Shown here piece after piece: positions 9,758-21,044 of a stretch of 32,000 bases of DNA (position 1 is the first letter of the stretch; every line of letters begins with the position of its first letter). A model generated the notes under the pieces. The model did not search any database, was not told the origin of the DNA, and was given only the letters and a program-made list of their open reading frames with translations. The DNA is from Wolbachia endosymbiont of Onchocerca ochengi. GTDB lineage: Bacteria > Pseudomonadota > Alphaproteobacteria > Rickettsiales > Anaplasmataceae. Location: the NCBI RefSeq assembly GCF_000306885.1, contig NC_018267.1, positions 840,001 through 872,000 on the forward strand, read 5' to 3'. A program made the translations under genes and the position numbers.

Positions 9758-10346
9758 GCTTTTGGCGTAGTCAATTTATAAAAAAATACACGGTTTATTT
9801 TACTCACCTCAAAGGCATTTTGCAATTTATTATCAATTACGTTTCATAGAACTATTTTAAAAAGATTATAATAGATTAAGTCTTTGAAATATTATATGCT
9901 ACCATATCGTTTTCTCACATTTAGTAAACCTAAACCAATTTGGTTATATTATATCGACTTTCTATATAATCTAGAAAAGGATAAATAACTACTTTTTTTT
10001 AATAAAAATAATTAACTCTTAGTTATATAAATATTTATAAAACTTACTAAGTTAGAAAAGAAGGCAGGTGAGACCCTTTAGTAGCTCTCTCTAATTCTGT
10101 AAATTGGTATTCTATACTACCTTAAATGCTTCAAAAGCTCATTTCAGCTTATATAGATAAAACCTTAGAAAGGTTGTAAAAACATAAGGTACACATAATA
10201 CCAGGAATCAAACAGGATATCGATTACGTGATACTTTCATTATAATGATAAGAAAGCTAGCAAAACTTGTTAAGGAGTTTTTAGTGTTCTGTTTCTACAG
10301 CTACTTGAAACTTATTATGGAATGCTAAAGCTATGCAGACAAAGGC

Positions 10347-12806
10347 CTAATGCTTTAGTGTTTTTAACTCAGGAAAACTATCGCCTCTATTTTCTATAGA
10401 AGAAGATGGTGTGCTATTTCCAGTATTGCCTTCAATTGGAATGGTGGGTCGTATCAAAGCAACCTTTATGACCTCATCAATATTCTTGGCAAGAACTATA
10501 TTGATCTTTTCCTTAATCTTTGCTGGAATTTCTTGTATATCTTTCTCATTTTCGCTAGGTATAACTACAGTCTTAATTGATCCTCTGAGTGCTGCAAGTA
10601 ACTTTTCTCTTAAGCCTCCAATAGCTAAAACTCTACCACGTAATGTCACTTCACCTGTCATAGCAACACTTTTATCAACTGGTATGCTTGTCATAAGAGA
10701 AACAATAGACGTACATACTGCGCTACCAGCAGAAGGCCCATCCTTTGGCACAGCACCTTCAGGTATATGCAAATGTATATCGTTACTTTGAAATTTTTCA
10801 GGCTCTATACCAAAAAACAGACAATTTGAACGAACATAACTATATGCAGCTTTTATAGATTCCTGCATCACCTCTCCAAGTTTTCCTGTGTATTTTATTT
10901 CTCCCTTACCAGGAATCAGAACTGACTCTATCATTAAAATATCACCACCTGTTTCAGTATAAGCGAGTCCAGTTACCACACCTACTAAACTCTCATTTTC
11001 TGCAATACCAAAGGTATACTTACGTATTCCTAAATAATCTTGTAAATTGTCAACTCTTACAGATATTTCCCTACTTTTATCAGTTAATATCTTCTTAACC
11101 GCTTTCCTCATAAGCTTCGCAAGCTCCCTTTCCATACTACGCACGCCGCTTTCACGTGTGTATAAACGTATCAACTCATACAGTGCATCATCAGTTATAC
11201 TCCATTCCTTCTGACGTAAACCGTGCTCTTTTTTCAATTTAGGGATCAGATAATATCTAGCAATATTAATCTTTTCATCTTCAGTATAACCAGACAATTG
11301 TATAATTTCCATCCTATCACGCAAAGGATATGGCAAATTTAAGCTGTTAGCTGTAGCTACAAACATTACACTTGAAAGATCAAACTCAACTTCTAAATAA
11401 TGGTCTGTAAAGTGCTTATTGTGTTCTGTATCCAAAACTTCAAGCAACGCAGACGCAGGATCGTCACGCGAATCAGAGCCCATTTTATCTATCTCATCAA
11501 GTAAAAAGAGCGGGTTGCACGAATTAGCTTTTTTCATGTGTTGGATAATCTTGCCAGGCATAGAACCAATATATGTTTTTCTATGGCCACGTATTTCAGA
11601 TTCATCACGTACACCACCAAGAGCAATGCGAACAAAATCCCTACCTACCGCTCTTGCTATAGATTTAGCTAAAGAAGTTTTACCAACGCCAGGTGGTCCA
11701 ACTAGACAAAGTATAGGACCTTTTATCTCTTTTACTCTCTTCAATACTGCTAAAAATTCTATTATCCTATCTTTTACCTTCTCTATGCCATAATGATTCT
11801 CGTCTAAGATTTTCTTTGCTGCATTTAAGTTAATTTTTATATCTTTATGCTTTCCCCATGGCAGATCAAGCAACCAATACAGATAATTAGATATAACTGT
11901 AGCTTCAGGAGAAACAGGGTTCATTTTCCTATATCTCTTCAATTCAGTCATAGCTTTTTCTTTTGCTTCCTGAGAAAGCTTTGTTTCATTTATCTTTTTC
12001 TCAAATTCACTTACTGTGCTTCCTTCTTCTCCATTCTCAAATTCACCTAGTTCTTTCTGTATAGCTTTCAATTGTTCATTAAGATAGTAGGCTTTCTGAG
12101 TGCTCTCAACTTGTGATTTAATTGTTTTACACAAACGGTTTTGTGCATCCAAAATACTTATTTCTCTTTCAATAAAAGTAAAAGTTTTTCTTAAACGCTC
12201 TACTGTACTATAAGTCTCAAGTATGCTTTGTTTATCTGATGCTTTTACGTTTAAGTACGAAACTATCGTGTCTACAAGCTGATCAAGCTTTTTGATTTGT
12301 TCAATTGGACTAACAACAACTTCAGGATGATTTTTCTTATTTAGTTTACACCAGCTATCAAATGCGTTTATAACAGAGCGCCTCAAAGCCTCTAGATCAA
12401 CATTATCTTCATCATCTTCACACTCATAGTAACTACTCAACTCTACTTTAGCCTGTAATAAAGTATGAGAGTCGATATACTCTAAAACTCTTCCTCTGTT
12501 TACTCCTTGAACTACAACCTTTACTGCATTATCAGGTAGTCTTATTAATGATTGTACAATATTTGCTAGCACACCTACCTCATAAAGGTCTTGTGGTTCC
12601 GGGTTATCAATAGAACCATCTCGTTGTGTCACAAGGAAAATCTCATTTCGGCGACTACTATTATCAATAGCACACTCTAACGCATTGATAGATCTTTCCC
12701 TACCTATAAATAAAGGAACCATCATACTTGGAAAAACTACTACATCTCTTAAAGGCAATACTGGCAATGTAACAAAAACAGAGTCTACAGTACATTCAAC
12801 ACTCAT
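10347..12806 (-). CDS. lon: ATP-dependent Lon protease (LonA)
   Basis: 819 aa. N-terminal LON domain (LPVLPLRDVVVFP), Walker A GPPGVGKTS, Walker B LFLLDEIDK, protease catalytic serine PKDGPSAG. Confidence 0.97.
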   Translation of the reverse strand: MSVECTVDSVFVTLPVLPLRDVVVFPSMMVPLFIGRERSINALECAIDNSSRRNEIFLVTQRDGSIDNPEPQDLYEVGVLANIVQSLIRLPDNAVKVVVQGVNRGRVLEYIDSHTLLQAKVELSSYYECEDDEDNVDLEALRRSVINAFDSWCKLNKKNHPEVVVSPIEQIKKLDQLVDTIVSYLNVKASDKQSILETYSTVERLRKTFTFIEREISILDAQNRLCKTIKSQVESTQKAYYLNEQLKAIQKELGEFENGEEGSTVSEFEKKINETKLSQEAKEKAMTELKRYRKMNPVSPEATVISNYLYWLLDLPWGKHKDIKINLNAAKKILDENHYGIEKVKDRIIEFLAVLKRVKEIKGPILCLVGPPGVGKTSLAKSIARAVGRDFVRIALGGVRDESEIRGHRKTYIGSMPGKIIQHMKKANSCNPLFLLDEIDKMGSDSRDDPASALLEVLDTEHNKHFTDHYLEVEFDLSSVMFVATANSLNLPYPLRDRMEIIQLSGYTEDEKINIARYYLIPKLKKEHGLRQKEWSITDDALYELIRLYTRESGVRSMERELAKLMRKAVKKILTDKSREISVRVDNLQDYLGIRKYTFGIAENESLVGVVTGLAYTETGGDILMIESVLIPGKGEIKYTGKLGEVMQESIKAAYSYVRSNCLFFGIEPEKFQSNDIHLHIPEGAVPKDGPSAGSAVCTSIVSLMTSIPVDKSVAMTGEVTLRGRVLAIGGLREKLLAALRGSIKTVVIPSENEKDIQEIPAKIKEKINIVLAKNIDEVIKVALIRPTIPIEGNTGNSTPSSSIENRGDSFPELKTLKH

Positions 12807-12820
12807 AACACTACCCCAAA

Positions 12821-14098
12821 CTAATCATTAACTGTTATAATAGTACCTTTATTACTACGATTAATCACTGCTTTTCCTAGCTCTACCATTTCTTTAGTAA
12901 TCACTATTGTACTACCTTCAAGACCTCCATTTCCAGCTGTATACATAACATCAAGCAAAAGTGACTCTAAAATAGCACGCAACATTCTTGCACCTGTCTT
13001 ATAACTCATAGCCTTTTCAGCAATAGCTGATATTGCTTCATCTGTAAACTCAAGGGTTACTTTGCTAAATGCAAGTAATGCCTTGTACTGTTTTATTAGT
13101 GCATTTCTTGGCTCTATTAGTACATGTACTAAATCTTCATGATCTAACTCATCTAAAACAGCAGTTATTTGAACCCGCCCTACAAACTCCGGTATTAAAC
13201 CAAATTTGATCAAATCTTCAGGTTGAACATCATGTAAAACATTCTTTTTCCTTTGCTCCCTAGAATGACTGATATCCGCTCCAAAGCCAACTGATGTTCC
13301 TCTTTTCCTTGCTTCAATAATTTTATCTAGACCTTCAAAAGCTCCTCCACAGATAAACAATATATTATTAGTATCCACTTGTATAAGTTCTTGTTGTGGA
13401 TGTTTACGTCCCCCATGCGGTGGAACATAAGCAACTGTACCTTCCATAATCTTAAGCAGAGCTTGCTGCACTCCTTCACCTGAAACATCACGCGTTATTG
13501 AAGTGCTTTCAGATTTCCTTGTAATTTTATCTATTTCATCTATAAATACTATACCACGCTGCGCTTTTGTAACATCATAGTTTGCAGCTTGCAACAAACG
13601 TGACAACACACTTTCTACATCATCGCCTACATAACCTGCTTCCGTTAAAGTTGTCGCATCAGCCATAGCAAACGGCACATCCGAGACTTTAGCAAGTGTC
13701 TTAGCTAACAAAGTTTTACCAGAACCAGTGGGACCAATGAGCATTACATTCGATTTCTCAATCTCAATGTCACTTATAGAGTGAATTTGTGCCATGGATT
13801 GACAATGGTTATACATAGCCACAGACAAAACATGTTGTGCATGCTCTTGACCCACAACATGTTTGCTAAGAAAATTTTTTATGTCCTCAGGTTTCTTTAA
13901 TAATAACTTCACATCAGACATATAATCTGAATTAAAAGGCCCTCCTTTTTTTTGGCTTATTGCCTTATGAGATAACTCTATGCACTCATTACAAATAAAC
14001 ACTTTTAAGCCATCTGAAGAATTAGTAATTAATTTATCTACTTCATTTTGTGCTTTATTACAAAAAGAACAACGGTGTAAATTATTATTATAATCCAT
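12821..14098 (-). CDS. clpX: ATP-dependent Clp protease ATP-binding subunit ClpX
   Basis: N-terminal C4 zinc finger (CSFCNK...CNECI), Walker A GPTGSGKT, Walker [10 protein letters not shown], and the pore-loop region GYVG. Confidence 0.97.
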   Translation of the reverse strand: MDYNNNLHRCSFCNKAQNEVDKLITNSSDGLKVFICNECIELSHKAISQKKGGPFNSDYMSDVKLLLKKPEDIKNFLSKHVVGQEHAQHVLSVAMYNHCQSMAQIHSISDIEIEKSNVMLIGPTGSGKTLLAKTLAKVSDVPFAMADATTLTEAGYVGDDVESVLSRLLQAANYDVTKAQRGIVFIDEIDKITRKSESTSITRDVSGEGVQQALLKIMEGTVAYVPPHGGRKHPQQELIQVDTNNILFICGGAFEGLDKIIEARKRGTSVGFGADISHSREQRKKNVLHDVQPEDLIKFGLIPEFVGRVQITAVLDELDHEDLVHVLIEPRNALIKQYKALLAFSKVTLEFTDEAISAIAEKAMSYKTGARMLRAILESLLLDVMYTAGNGGLEGSTIVITKEMVELGKAVINRSNKGTIITVND

Positions 14099-14109
14099 TA
14101 ATTCACCCT

Positions 14110-14709
14110 CTACTCAACTTTAATATCTTCACGCTCAGCCATTACTTTATCAACCAATCCAATTTTCTTGGCTTCTTCAGAATCCATGAATTTATCTCTC
14201 TCCATCATTTCTTCAATTTTCTTTAGTGAATTTCCAGTATGTTTTTCATAGATCTGATTCAGCTTCTTCTTAACTCGTAGAATCTCATTAGCATGTATTT
14301 CTATGTCGGTTGCTTGACCCTGATAACCACCAGATGGTTGATGTATCATAATTCTTGAATGTGGCAAAGAATAACGCTTACCTTTTGTACCAGCTGCAAG
14401 TAGTAAAGAACCCATAGATGCAGCTTGACCTATACACAAAGTCGAAACATCAGGCTTTATATACTGCATTGTATCATAGATCGATAAACCAGCAGTTACA
14501 ATACCACCTGGCGAGTTAATATACATATAAATATCCTTGTCAGGGTTTTCTGACTCCAAAAATAAAAGCTGTGCCACTATTACACTAGCCATGCTGTCTT
14601 CAATAGGCCCAGTCACAAAAATTATTCTTTCTTTCACTAATCTCGAATATATGTCATAAGCACGCTCACCACGACTAGTTTGTTCAATTACAATTGGTAT
14701 AAGAGTCAT
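14110..14709 (-). CDS. clpP: ATP-dependent Clp protease proteolytic subunit ClpP
   Basis: Catalytic Ser/His context GQAASMGS and MIHQPSGG. The ORF track starts at a TTG (14733), which would overlap tig. The ATG at 14709 ([22 protein letters not shown]) is preceded by GAGAAGGG and matches normal ClpP N-termini. Confidence 0.95.
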   Translation of the reverse strand: MTLIPIVIEQTSRGERAYDIYSRLVKERIIFVTGPIEDSMASVIVAQLLFLESENPDKDIYMYINSPGGIVTAGLSIYDTMQYIKPDVSTLCIGQAASMGSLLLAAGTKGKRYSLPHSRIMIHQPSGGYQGQATDIEIHANEILRVKKKLNQIYEKHTGNSLKKIEEMMERDKFMDSEEAKKIGLVDKVMAEREDIKVE

Positions 14710-14719
14710 ACCCTTCTCA

Positions 14720-16063
14720 CTAGATATTATCAAACAATTCCTTTAATTCTTTTACAGAAACAACTTGCTCTTTTTTATTAACCTTTTCCATTATATAATC
14801 TGTAACTTTATGCTCAAGAGCTTGTCCTTTAACCAACCATTGAAACTGCCTGTTTGACCTAAAATGCTTCACTATTTTATCAAACGGCATATTTTTATTA
14901 ACATACTGATTCATAACAACATTCAGAATATCATTCTGAGTTAACGATATTTTATGTTCTGTACTAAACTTCATAAATAACACTGCAAGCTTTACACGCC
15001 TTTCAGCCTCTTTACAAGAATCGTCCCCAGAGTCCAATTCCTTTTTTACTCTCTGTTGTTCCTGTTTCACCACTTCCGTAGGTAACCCGAAGCTATAACC
15101 AGCATCTAAACAATCAAACAGCTCTTTTTTAATCAATAGATCTCCCATCTCTTTACACTGATCACTAATTACTTTTTTAGCATATTTTTTTAGTAACGAA
15201 TAATTTTCAAAACCCATTTTTTTAGCTATTTCATCATTACTTCTAAAACCTCGAATAATTTGAATATCATTAACTAGAACAGAAAAATTACTTTCCTGTC
15301 CTGCAAGAGAAATTACTTGGTAATCTTCAGGAAATTTTAACTTAAAGCTTTTTGTTTCTCCTTTTCTCATACCAATCAATTGATCCTCAAAACCATTAAT
15401 AAATGTTCCGGAACCTAAAATCACCTTAAAGTTCTTATCACTTCCACCTCTAAAAAGCTTATTTCTAATTCGCCCTTTAAAGTCAATTATTAATTTATCT
15501 CCATTTTTTGCCTGATAAGAAACATCATTAACAGAGACAAAATCAGGAAATTTTGCCTTTATAGAGGCAATAAATTCTCTTATGTCTTCCTCTTCGATTT
15601 TTGCCTCAATTCTCTTCAAATTTATTTTATCAAGATCTATCAATGGTACCTCTGGCATTGACTCAAAAGATAGTTTATATACAAAACTGTCCTTTTCATC
15701 TTTTTTGTCTAGATTTGGTAATGATATAATATCAATTTTAGGATAAACATGAGATTTAACTCCAATTTTTTCCATCAAATCAGTAGAGCAATAGTCAATC
15801 GTATTGTTTACTACATATTCTAAAGCTTCGCTTTTATAATTCGTAACAACGAGATCATAAGGCATCTTGCCAGACCGAAATCCAGGCAATTTTGCACTTT
15901 TAGCTATTTCTTGTAATCTAAAACCCATTTTCTGTCTTATACAATCACTACTTACCGTAATTTCATACTCATGCTTAAGTTTATCTATACCTAATTCTCT
16001 ATAAGTATAAATACTATCTGATACACCTATTTTAACTGTACTTTGAGGTATACTATTAGACAT
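14720..16063 (-). CDS. tig: Trigger factor (ribosome-associated PPIase chaperone)
   Basis: 447 aa with three-domain trigger-factor architecture. The ribosome-binding loop is present (GFRSGKMP, matching the GFRxGxxP signature). A central FKBP-like segment is also present. It sits upstream of clpP-clpX-lon as in many bacteria. Confidence 0.9.
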   Translation of the reverse strand: MSNSIPQSTVKIGVSDSIYTYRELGIDKLKHEYEITVSSDCIRQKMGFRLQEIAKSAKLPGFRSGKMPYDLVVTNYKSEALEYVVNNTIDYCSTDLMEKIGVKSHVYPKIDIISLPNLDKKDEKDSFVYKLSFESMPEVPLIDLDKINLKRIEAKIEEEDIREFIASIKAKFPDFVSVNDVSYQAKNGDKLIIDFKGRIRNKLFRGGSDKNFKVILGSGTFINGFEDQLIGMRKGETKSFKLKFPEDYQVISLAGQESNFSVLVNDIQIIRGFRSNDEIAKKMGFENYSLLKKYAKKVISDQCKEMGDLLIKKELFDCLDAGYSFGLPTEVVKQEQQRVKKELDSGDDSCKEAERRVKLAVLFMKFSTEHKISLTQNDILNVVMNQYVNKNMPFDKIVKHFRSNRQFQWLVKGQALEHKVTDYIMEKVNKKEQVVSVKELKELFDNI

Positions 16064-16214
16064 TATAACCTACTTACAAGTATTTTAATTCACACCTTAA
16101 CAAAGTTATTTTATCAGGATTTAAGTTAAATACAATCTTTAAGAACAGATTTTTTATAGAAACAAAAGCATATTTAGTGATTATAAACTTTTTTTAGAAT
16201 CTAAGTTATGTAAG

Positions 16215-16296
16215 TGCGGATAGAGGGACTTGAACCCCCATGAACAAGATCACCAAGACCTAAACCTGGCACGTCTACCAATTCCGCCATATCCGC
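16215..16296 (-). tRNA. tRNA-Leu, anticodon UAG; type II with long variable arm; no encoded CCA
   Basis: The reverse complement reads GCGGATATGGCGGAATTGGTAGACGTGCCAGGTTTAGGTCTTGGTGATCTTGTTCATGGGGGTTCAAGTCCCTCTATCCGCA. Acceptor stem GCGGATA/TATCCGC. Anticodon stem CCAGG/CTTGG with loop TTTAGGT. T-arm GGGGG-TTCAAGT-CCCTC. Folded by eye only. Confidence 0.9.
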
Positions 16297-16588
16297 AAAA
16301 ATTTTCCAGTAACTTATAGCTACACCACAAATCTATTTCTATTACCTTATGATAGAACTCATCTTGAAGATTATACCCAGTGTCACAAAGTTAGAATAAC
16401 GACCTTATAATACTCTAATCAATTCCACTTATCAATCTACTTAAGCAAACCTAAATTACTTCAAACTAACATTATAGTACTACATTAAAATACTCAAGAT
16501 CTAAAATCTTACTCAATTATGGTATTTACATAATCAAAAAAGCTTATTAATATCTTTTAACAAAAACTCTAAACCCTGAAAATCAATA

Positions 16589-17182
16589 ATGAGACTGATA
16601 GCAAATTTTTTACTTGCAATCTTTCTGATTACACAAAGTGGATGCACAACCCTTATAATAAGTGGTGTAGTAGCTACTACAGCGACAGCAGTAGCAATGC
16701 AAGATAAATCTTTAGGAAATATTGTCGACGATACAACTATAATAATCAGAATCAATAAGGAGCTCTTAAAGCATGGATTATTTTCACCTATAAAAGTTAA
16801 AGTAAGTGAAGGAAGAGTACTGCTTATTGGGAATGTCGATACGCCCGAAAAACAACTTACAGCAGAAAAAATAGCTTGGCAGGAAAAAGAAGTTAAAGAG
16901 GTAATAAATGAAATAAGGGTAACACCAATTCAAACAATTTCCATACTTGACTCTATTATAGATGGTATGATAACAGCAGAAATAAGAACAAGGTTTTTAG
17001 GGAAAAGAAATATCAAATCAATTAATTACAGTGTTAACACAGTTGATGGAACTGTTTATTTAATGGGTATAGCTCAGAATAAAGCAGAACTAAAAGCCGT
17101 AATAGCAATTGCAAGAAAAGTTAAAGGAGTAAAGCAAGTTGTAAGTTATGTACGTCATAGACATAGCAAGTTACGACGTTAA
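16589..17182 (+). CDS. BON domain-containing protein (OsmY-like), probable lipoprotein
   Basis: 197 aa. Signal sequence ending ...FLITQSGC is lipobox-like. Two BON-type repeats are visible (VSEGRVLLIGNV... and VDGTVYLMGIAQNKAELKAVIAIARKVKGVKQV). Confidence 0.75.
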   Translation: MRLIANFLLAIFLITQSGCTTLIISGVVATTATAVAMQDKSLGNIVDDTTIIIRINKELLKHGLFSPIKVKVSEGRVLLIGNVDTPEKQLTAEKIAWQEKEVKEVINEIRVTPIQTISILDSIIDGMITAEIRTRFLGKRNIKSINYSVNTVDGTVYLMGIAQNKAELKAVIAIARKVKGVKQVVSYVRHRHSKLRR

Positions 17183-17231
17183 TGGAAGCTTAGTTTTTAA
17201 ATGGTAGTTTTATTTTAAAAAAAATATATAA

Positions 17232-18170
17232 ATGAGAGTTGCTTTTCAAATGGATGAAAATATAAACTTTGAAACTGATACTACATTTGCACTAATAAAG
17301 GAAGCACAAAGGAGAAAGCACGAAATTTTCATTTATGTTCCTAATAATTTAGCATTAAATCTAAACCAGCCAATCGCTCTTGCTCAGAAAGTTAGTGCTG
17401 ATGATTCTGGTTTTACCTCTAGAAAAGACGTAATAATTAACTTAAATGAAATAGAAATCATATTTATTAGACAGAATCCACCTTTTGATATGCGTTACAT
17501 TACAACCACTTATATTTTAGAGAAAGCCAGTGCTTTAGTAATAAACAATCCAACAGAGATAAGAAATTGTCCTGAAAAATTAATCACCTCATTATTTCCA
17601 GAATTAACTTTGCCGACTTTAATCACTGAAAATACATCAATGATTAGGAATTTTTACCATAATCATGACAAAAATATTGTTCTGAAGCCATTGTATAGCT
17701 ATGGAGGAAACGACGTAATGAGAGTAAGAGATGAAAGTAATATTCAAATAATACTGGAACTAATGATTTCAAAATATAAATGCCCTATAATTGCGCAAGC
17801 ATTTTGTAAGAATATAGATAAAGATAAAAGAATATTATTACTGGATGGCGAACCAATTGGAGCAATGAAACGAGTCCCAAGAGTCAGTGAAGAAATCAGA
17901 ACAAACTTACAACTTGGAGCAAGTTTTCTACCAGCTGAAATGAGTGACAGAGATAATGAAATTTGTAATAAAATTGGCCCTGAACTAAAGAAAAGAGGGT
18001 TAATATTCGTTGGCATTGACATTATAGATAATTTTCTCCTTGAAATTAACACAACCTCACCTACAGGCGTAGTTTACATCAATAAGCTATATAATATAGC
18101 ATTAGAAAAAAAACTATGGGATACATTTGAAGAAAAAGCAAGCATCCATACTCGTCATCAAAATCTTTGA
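17232..18170 (+). CDS. gshB: Glutathione synthetase (ATP-grasp)
   Basis: 312 aa. Starts MRVAFQMDENINFETDTTFALIKEAQRR (GshB N-domain pattern). ATP-grasp core follows (VLKPLYSYGGNDV, ...GLIFVGIDII...LLEINTTSPTG). Confidence 0.85.
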   Translation: MRVAFQMDENINFETDTTFALIKEAQRRKHEIFIYVPNNLALNLNQPIALAQKVSADDSGFTSRKDVIINLNEIEIIFIRQNPPFDMRYITTTYILEKASALVINNPTEIRNCPEKLITSLFPELTLPTLITENTSMIRNFYHNHDKNIVLKPLYSYGGNDVMRVRDESNIQIILELMISKYKCPIIAQAFCKNIDKDKRILLLDGEPIGAMKRVPRVSEEIRTNLQLGASFLPAEMSDRDNEICNKIGPELKKRGLIFVGIDIIDNFLLEINTTSPTGVVYINKLYNIALEKKLWDTFEEKASIHTRHQNL

Positions 18171-19207
18171 GCTATTATCTTAATAAATTCATCAACTCCA
18201 TTTTTTATTCTTGCTTTTTTAGTATTATTAGCCATATCACTCAATTTTTGAGAATTTCCTAATAAATCAACTAGTAACTCTCTTAGATTTCTTTTCGTTT
18301 CACTATCTTGCTCAATTATCACAGCTGCTCCTAAATTCTCAATATATTTTGCGTTGTAAAATTGATGACCATCTTTTGAGTAGGGGTAAGGAATATATAT
18401 AGCAGGACGCTTAGCAAGAGTGATCTCTGCTATTGAAGTTGCCCCTGCTCTGCTAATTACCAAATGAGTACTTGCTAATCTACTTTCTATGTCATCGAAA
18501 AACTCACTTAACTCATTACTGACTTTTTCACTTTCGTACAAGTCTTTGACCTTACTGATATTTTTTTTCGTACATTGCTGCGTTACTCTAAGCTTCTCTT
18601 TCACTTTAATAGGCAAATTACAAACTACGTCACTTATTACATCATCAAAAAAACTTGCACCCTGACTAGCTGCTATCACTAATATATTCAAGTTCTCTTC
18701 AGAATGAATGTGATAATAGCCCTGCGCTTTTATATAAACAAAATTTCCTGTAAAAATACATCTATTGTTCTCTACATATTTAGTTTCCGGAAAGCTAGTT
18801 GCGATCAACTCTGCACCATTGAGAAAAAATCTATTTACTCTTCCTAAAACTGTATTTTGTTCATGTAAAATTATAGGTATAGAGAGAATTTTTGCAGCAA
18901 GAAGAGTTGGAAAAGAGGCATAGCTACCAAAACCAACAACTAGCTTTGGCTTTAGTTTTTTCATTTGATACAGTGCTAGCACAAAGCTATATGTTAACAA
19001 AAAGAAAAATTTAAATCTATTATTACTTGGCCTACATAATGGCAGGGTATAGCTTTCTATATCTGTATTTTTATCTATTTTTTTATTAGTAAACAATATA
19101 CAACTGTACCCTTGCAATTTTAGTGCTTTCGCCAAGGTCATAGCCGGGAAAATGTGTCCACCTGTTCCGCCTGTTGCGAGGATAACATCCATCTGTGTAT
19201 AGTACAT
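18158..19207 (-). CDS. murG: UDP-N-acetylglucosamine--N-acetylmuramyl-(pentapeptide) pyrophosphoryl-undecaprenol GlcNAc transferase
   Basis: 349 aa. N-terminal G-loop ILATGGTGGHIFPA and C-terminal ...VISRAGATSIAEI...P...DGHQ..NA, both MurG signatures. Its 3' end overlaps the 3' end of gshB by 13 nt (convergent). Confidence 0.9.
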   Translation of the reverse strand: MYYTQMDVILATGGTGGHIFPAMTLAKALKLQGYSCILFTNKKIDKNTDIESYTLPLCRPSNNRFKFFFLLTYSFVLALYQMKKLKPKLVVGFGSYASFPTLLAAKILSIPIILHEQNTVLGRVNRFFLNGAELIATSFPETKYVENNRCIFTGNFVYIKAQGYYHIHSEENLNILVIAASQGASFFDDVISDVVCNLPIKVKEKLRVTQQCTKKNISKVKDLYESEKVSNELSEFFDDIESRLASTHLVISRAGATSIAEITLAKRPAIYIPYPYSKDGHQFYNAKYIENLGAAVIIEQDSETKRNLRELLVDLLGNSQKLSDMANNTKKARIKNGVDEFIKIIAQRF

Positions 19208-19658
19208 TGATACTAGATTATTAACTATTATTTAATAATTTGCACGTAGAATTTTATTAGGCTTTATAATAGAAAAATAGGAAGAAAAGTACTTAGCAAC
19301 AATAGTAAAAAAGAAATTAACAAAAAAGTAAACCTCAAGAATAGAAGACAAAACGGAGAAGATTTATCGGATTGCTAAAAACACAATAAAAGTATCTTTA
19401 ATTTAGATGTTGATCTACTCAGTAAGAACAGCGTAATAAAAATGGAAAACACTAACTGGAGTAACAAGATTTAGATAATACAGGAAAAAGCTCAGGAATA
19501 TCTTAATCTAAAGATAAAGCTTAAAGTGAAACTAGCATAGCTAAAGAGCTAAAAGAAAGACGATAGAGATCTAATTCTGATAATCAATCAGTCATAACTA
19601 AAGTACATAAAAATCTTTCGTTCAAGGACTTTCACCTTTAAAGCAACAGAACGTTAAC

Positions 19659-21044
19659 TCAACTATTCAGCGACTCATTATCTGCAGCAAGTACTGACTC
19701 ATGCATCATTTCCGAAATAGTTGGGTGAGGAAAAATCGTAGATTTTATATCAAGATCTGTTACTTCTATCTGCTTTGCAAGGACAAAACTGCTAATTAAC
19801 TCTGTTACTTCTGCTCCTAACAGGTGAGCTCCAAGGAGCTCACCTGTTCTTTTATCTATCACTGTTTTCACTAACCCATCAGTCTCACCGAGCACAATAG
19901 ATTTACTACTAAAATCAGAATGAAATTTTCCTATCTTTATATCATATCCATCTTTGATTGCTTGTTCTTCAGTTAGACCAACACTCGCTATTTGCGGATA
20001 AGAGTAAGTACAATTTGGTACGCACTCTTTTTTTAATACGTGGACATCTTTACCAGCAATCTTCTCAACGCAGACCATAGCTTCACGACTTGCTTTATGC
20101 GCTAGACATGGCGGGCCAGCTACATCACCTATTGCATATACATTCGGTTCACACGTTTCATACCATTCATTTGTTTCAATAAAGCCAGAAGAACTTAATT
20201 TAACTTTTGTATTCTCTAAACCTATATTTTCAGTATTTGCCTGAACGCCAACTGCAACAATTACTCTATCGAATTCTTTGTTTTTACCGCTACTTAGCTG
20301 CACTTGAACAGAGCCTTTATTTTTAGTTATAGTCTTTACACTATTGTTTGTATATATTTTTATTCCCTGTCTCATAAATATTTCTTGTGCTAAACCTGAA
20401 ATATCCTTATCTTCTAACGGTAAAATAGTGTTTTTTACTTCTATAATTGAGACATCAACTCCTAAAGTACTACAGAAACTCGCAAATTCTATCCCAATTG
20501 CACCAGATCCTATAATTAACAACGATTTTGGTAACTTGTCTAGAGCTATAGCATGCTGAGCATTCCATATTAAGTCTCCATCTACTTCTACTCCAGGCAG
20601 ATTTCGTGCTCTTACACCTGTTGCTAAAATAATACGCTTAGAAGAAATCTTGTGTTCTCCATCACCACTAGAAATCTTTATAGTACGATTACCTACAAGT
20701 TTACCAAAACCCTGATAGACTTTTATATTATTTTTTCTCATTAAATATGCAATACCGCTCGACAGTTTATCAACAATATTTTTTGAGTATTTCACTATTG
20801 ATTGTATATCAAAACTCACATCCTTCACTTTTATACCAAATTCCTCCGCTCTTTTTATGAGCCTATAGGCTTCGGATGCCCTAAGTAACGATTTTGTCGG
20901 TATACATCCCCAATTTAAGCATATACCACCTAAATTTTTTTCTTTTTCAATAACTGCAGTTTTAAACCCAAGCTGCACCGCTCTAATTGCCGCTATATAG
21001 CCGCCAGGGCCACCACCTACAACTGCTATATCATATTCATCCAC
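19659..21044 (-). CDS. lpdA: Dihydrolipoyl dehydrogenase (E3 component)
   Basis: GTG start. FAD dinucleotide fold VVGGGPGGY, redox-active disulfide GGICLNWGCIPTK, NAD fold IIGSGAIGIEFA, C-terminal interface HPTISE. Confidence 0.9.
   Translation of the reverse strand: MDEYDIAVVGGGPGGYIAAIRAVQLGFKTAVIEKEKNLGGICLNWGCIPTKSLLRASEAYRLIKRAEEFGIKVKDVSFDIQSIVKYSKNIVDKLSSGIAYLMRKNNIKVYQGFGKLVGNRTIKISSGDGEHKISSKRIILATGVRARNLPGVEVDGDLIWNAQHAIALDKLPKSLLIIGSGAIGIEFASFCSTLGVDVSIIEVKNTILPLEDKDISGLAQEIFMRQGIKIYTNNSVKTITKNKGSVQVQLSSGKNKEFDRVIVAVGVQANTENIGLENTKVKLSSSGFIETNEWYETCEPNVYAIGDVAGPPCLAHKASREAMVCVEKIAGKDVHVLKKECVPNCTYSYPQIASVGLTEEQAIKDGYDIKIGKFHSDFSSKSIVLGETDGLVKTVIDKRTGELLGAHLLGAEVTELISSFVLAKQIEVTDLDIKSTIFPHPTISEMMHESVLAADNESLNS

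Noticed and set aside
9758-10346. Possible ncRNA or relic gene (for example hupB, which often follows lon) in the 589-bp permease-lon spacer.
   Set aside because: There is no HU-like GFGTF/RNP motif on either strand. There are no conserved SRP, RNase P, tmRNA or 6S blocks. Only a 47-codon unassignable plus-strand frame (about 10188-10328) and trivial AT-rich hairpins are present. The spacer is counted in the erosion pattern but gets no specific call.
10411-12050. Three plus-strand ORFs (126, 124 and 67 aa) inside lon. Similar antisense or alternate-frame ORFs occur at 1356-1574, 1696-1881, 2361-2645, 3227-3469, 3655-3927, 5766-6071, 7127-7324, 8555-8740, 16534-16755, 17744-18052, 20344-20559, 24693-24902, 25680-25904, 28291-28804, 29046-29249, 30766-30978, 31094-31327 and 31421-31717.
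   Set aside because: All lie within, and opposite or out of frame to, strongly supported housekeeping genes. They have low-complexity, Ser/Leu/Phe/Ile-rich composition typical of shadow ORFs and show no motifs.
14710-14733. Apparent 14-nt tig/clpP overlap implied by the ORF-track clpP start (TTG at 14733).
   Set aside because: The ATG at 14709 has a good RBS and gives the canonical ClpP N-terminus. The overlap is an artefact of taking the longest ORF.
18158-18170. 13-nt convergent overlap of the gshB and murG 3' ends.
   Set aside because: Short tail-to-tail overlaps are common in compact genomes. Nothing suggests a regulatory role.
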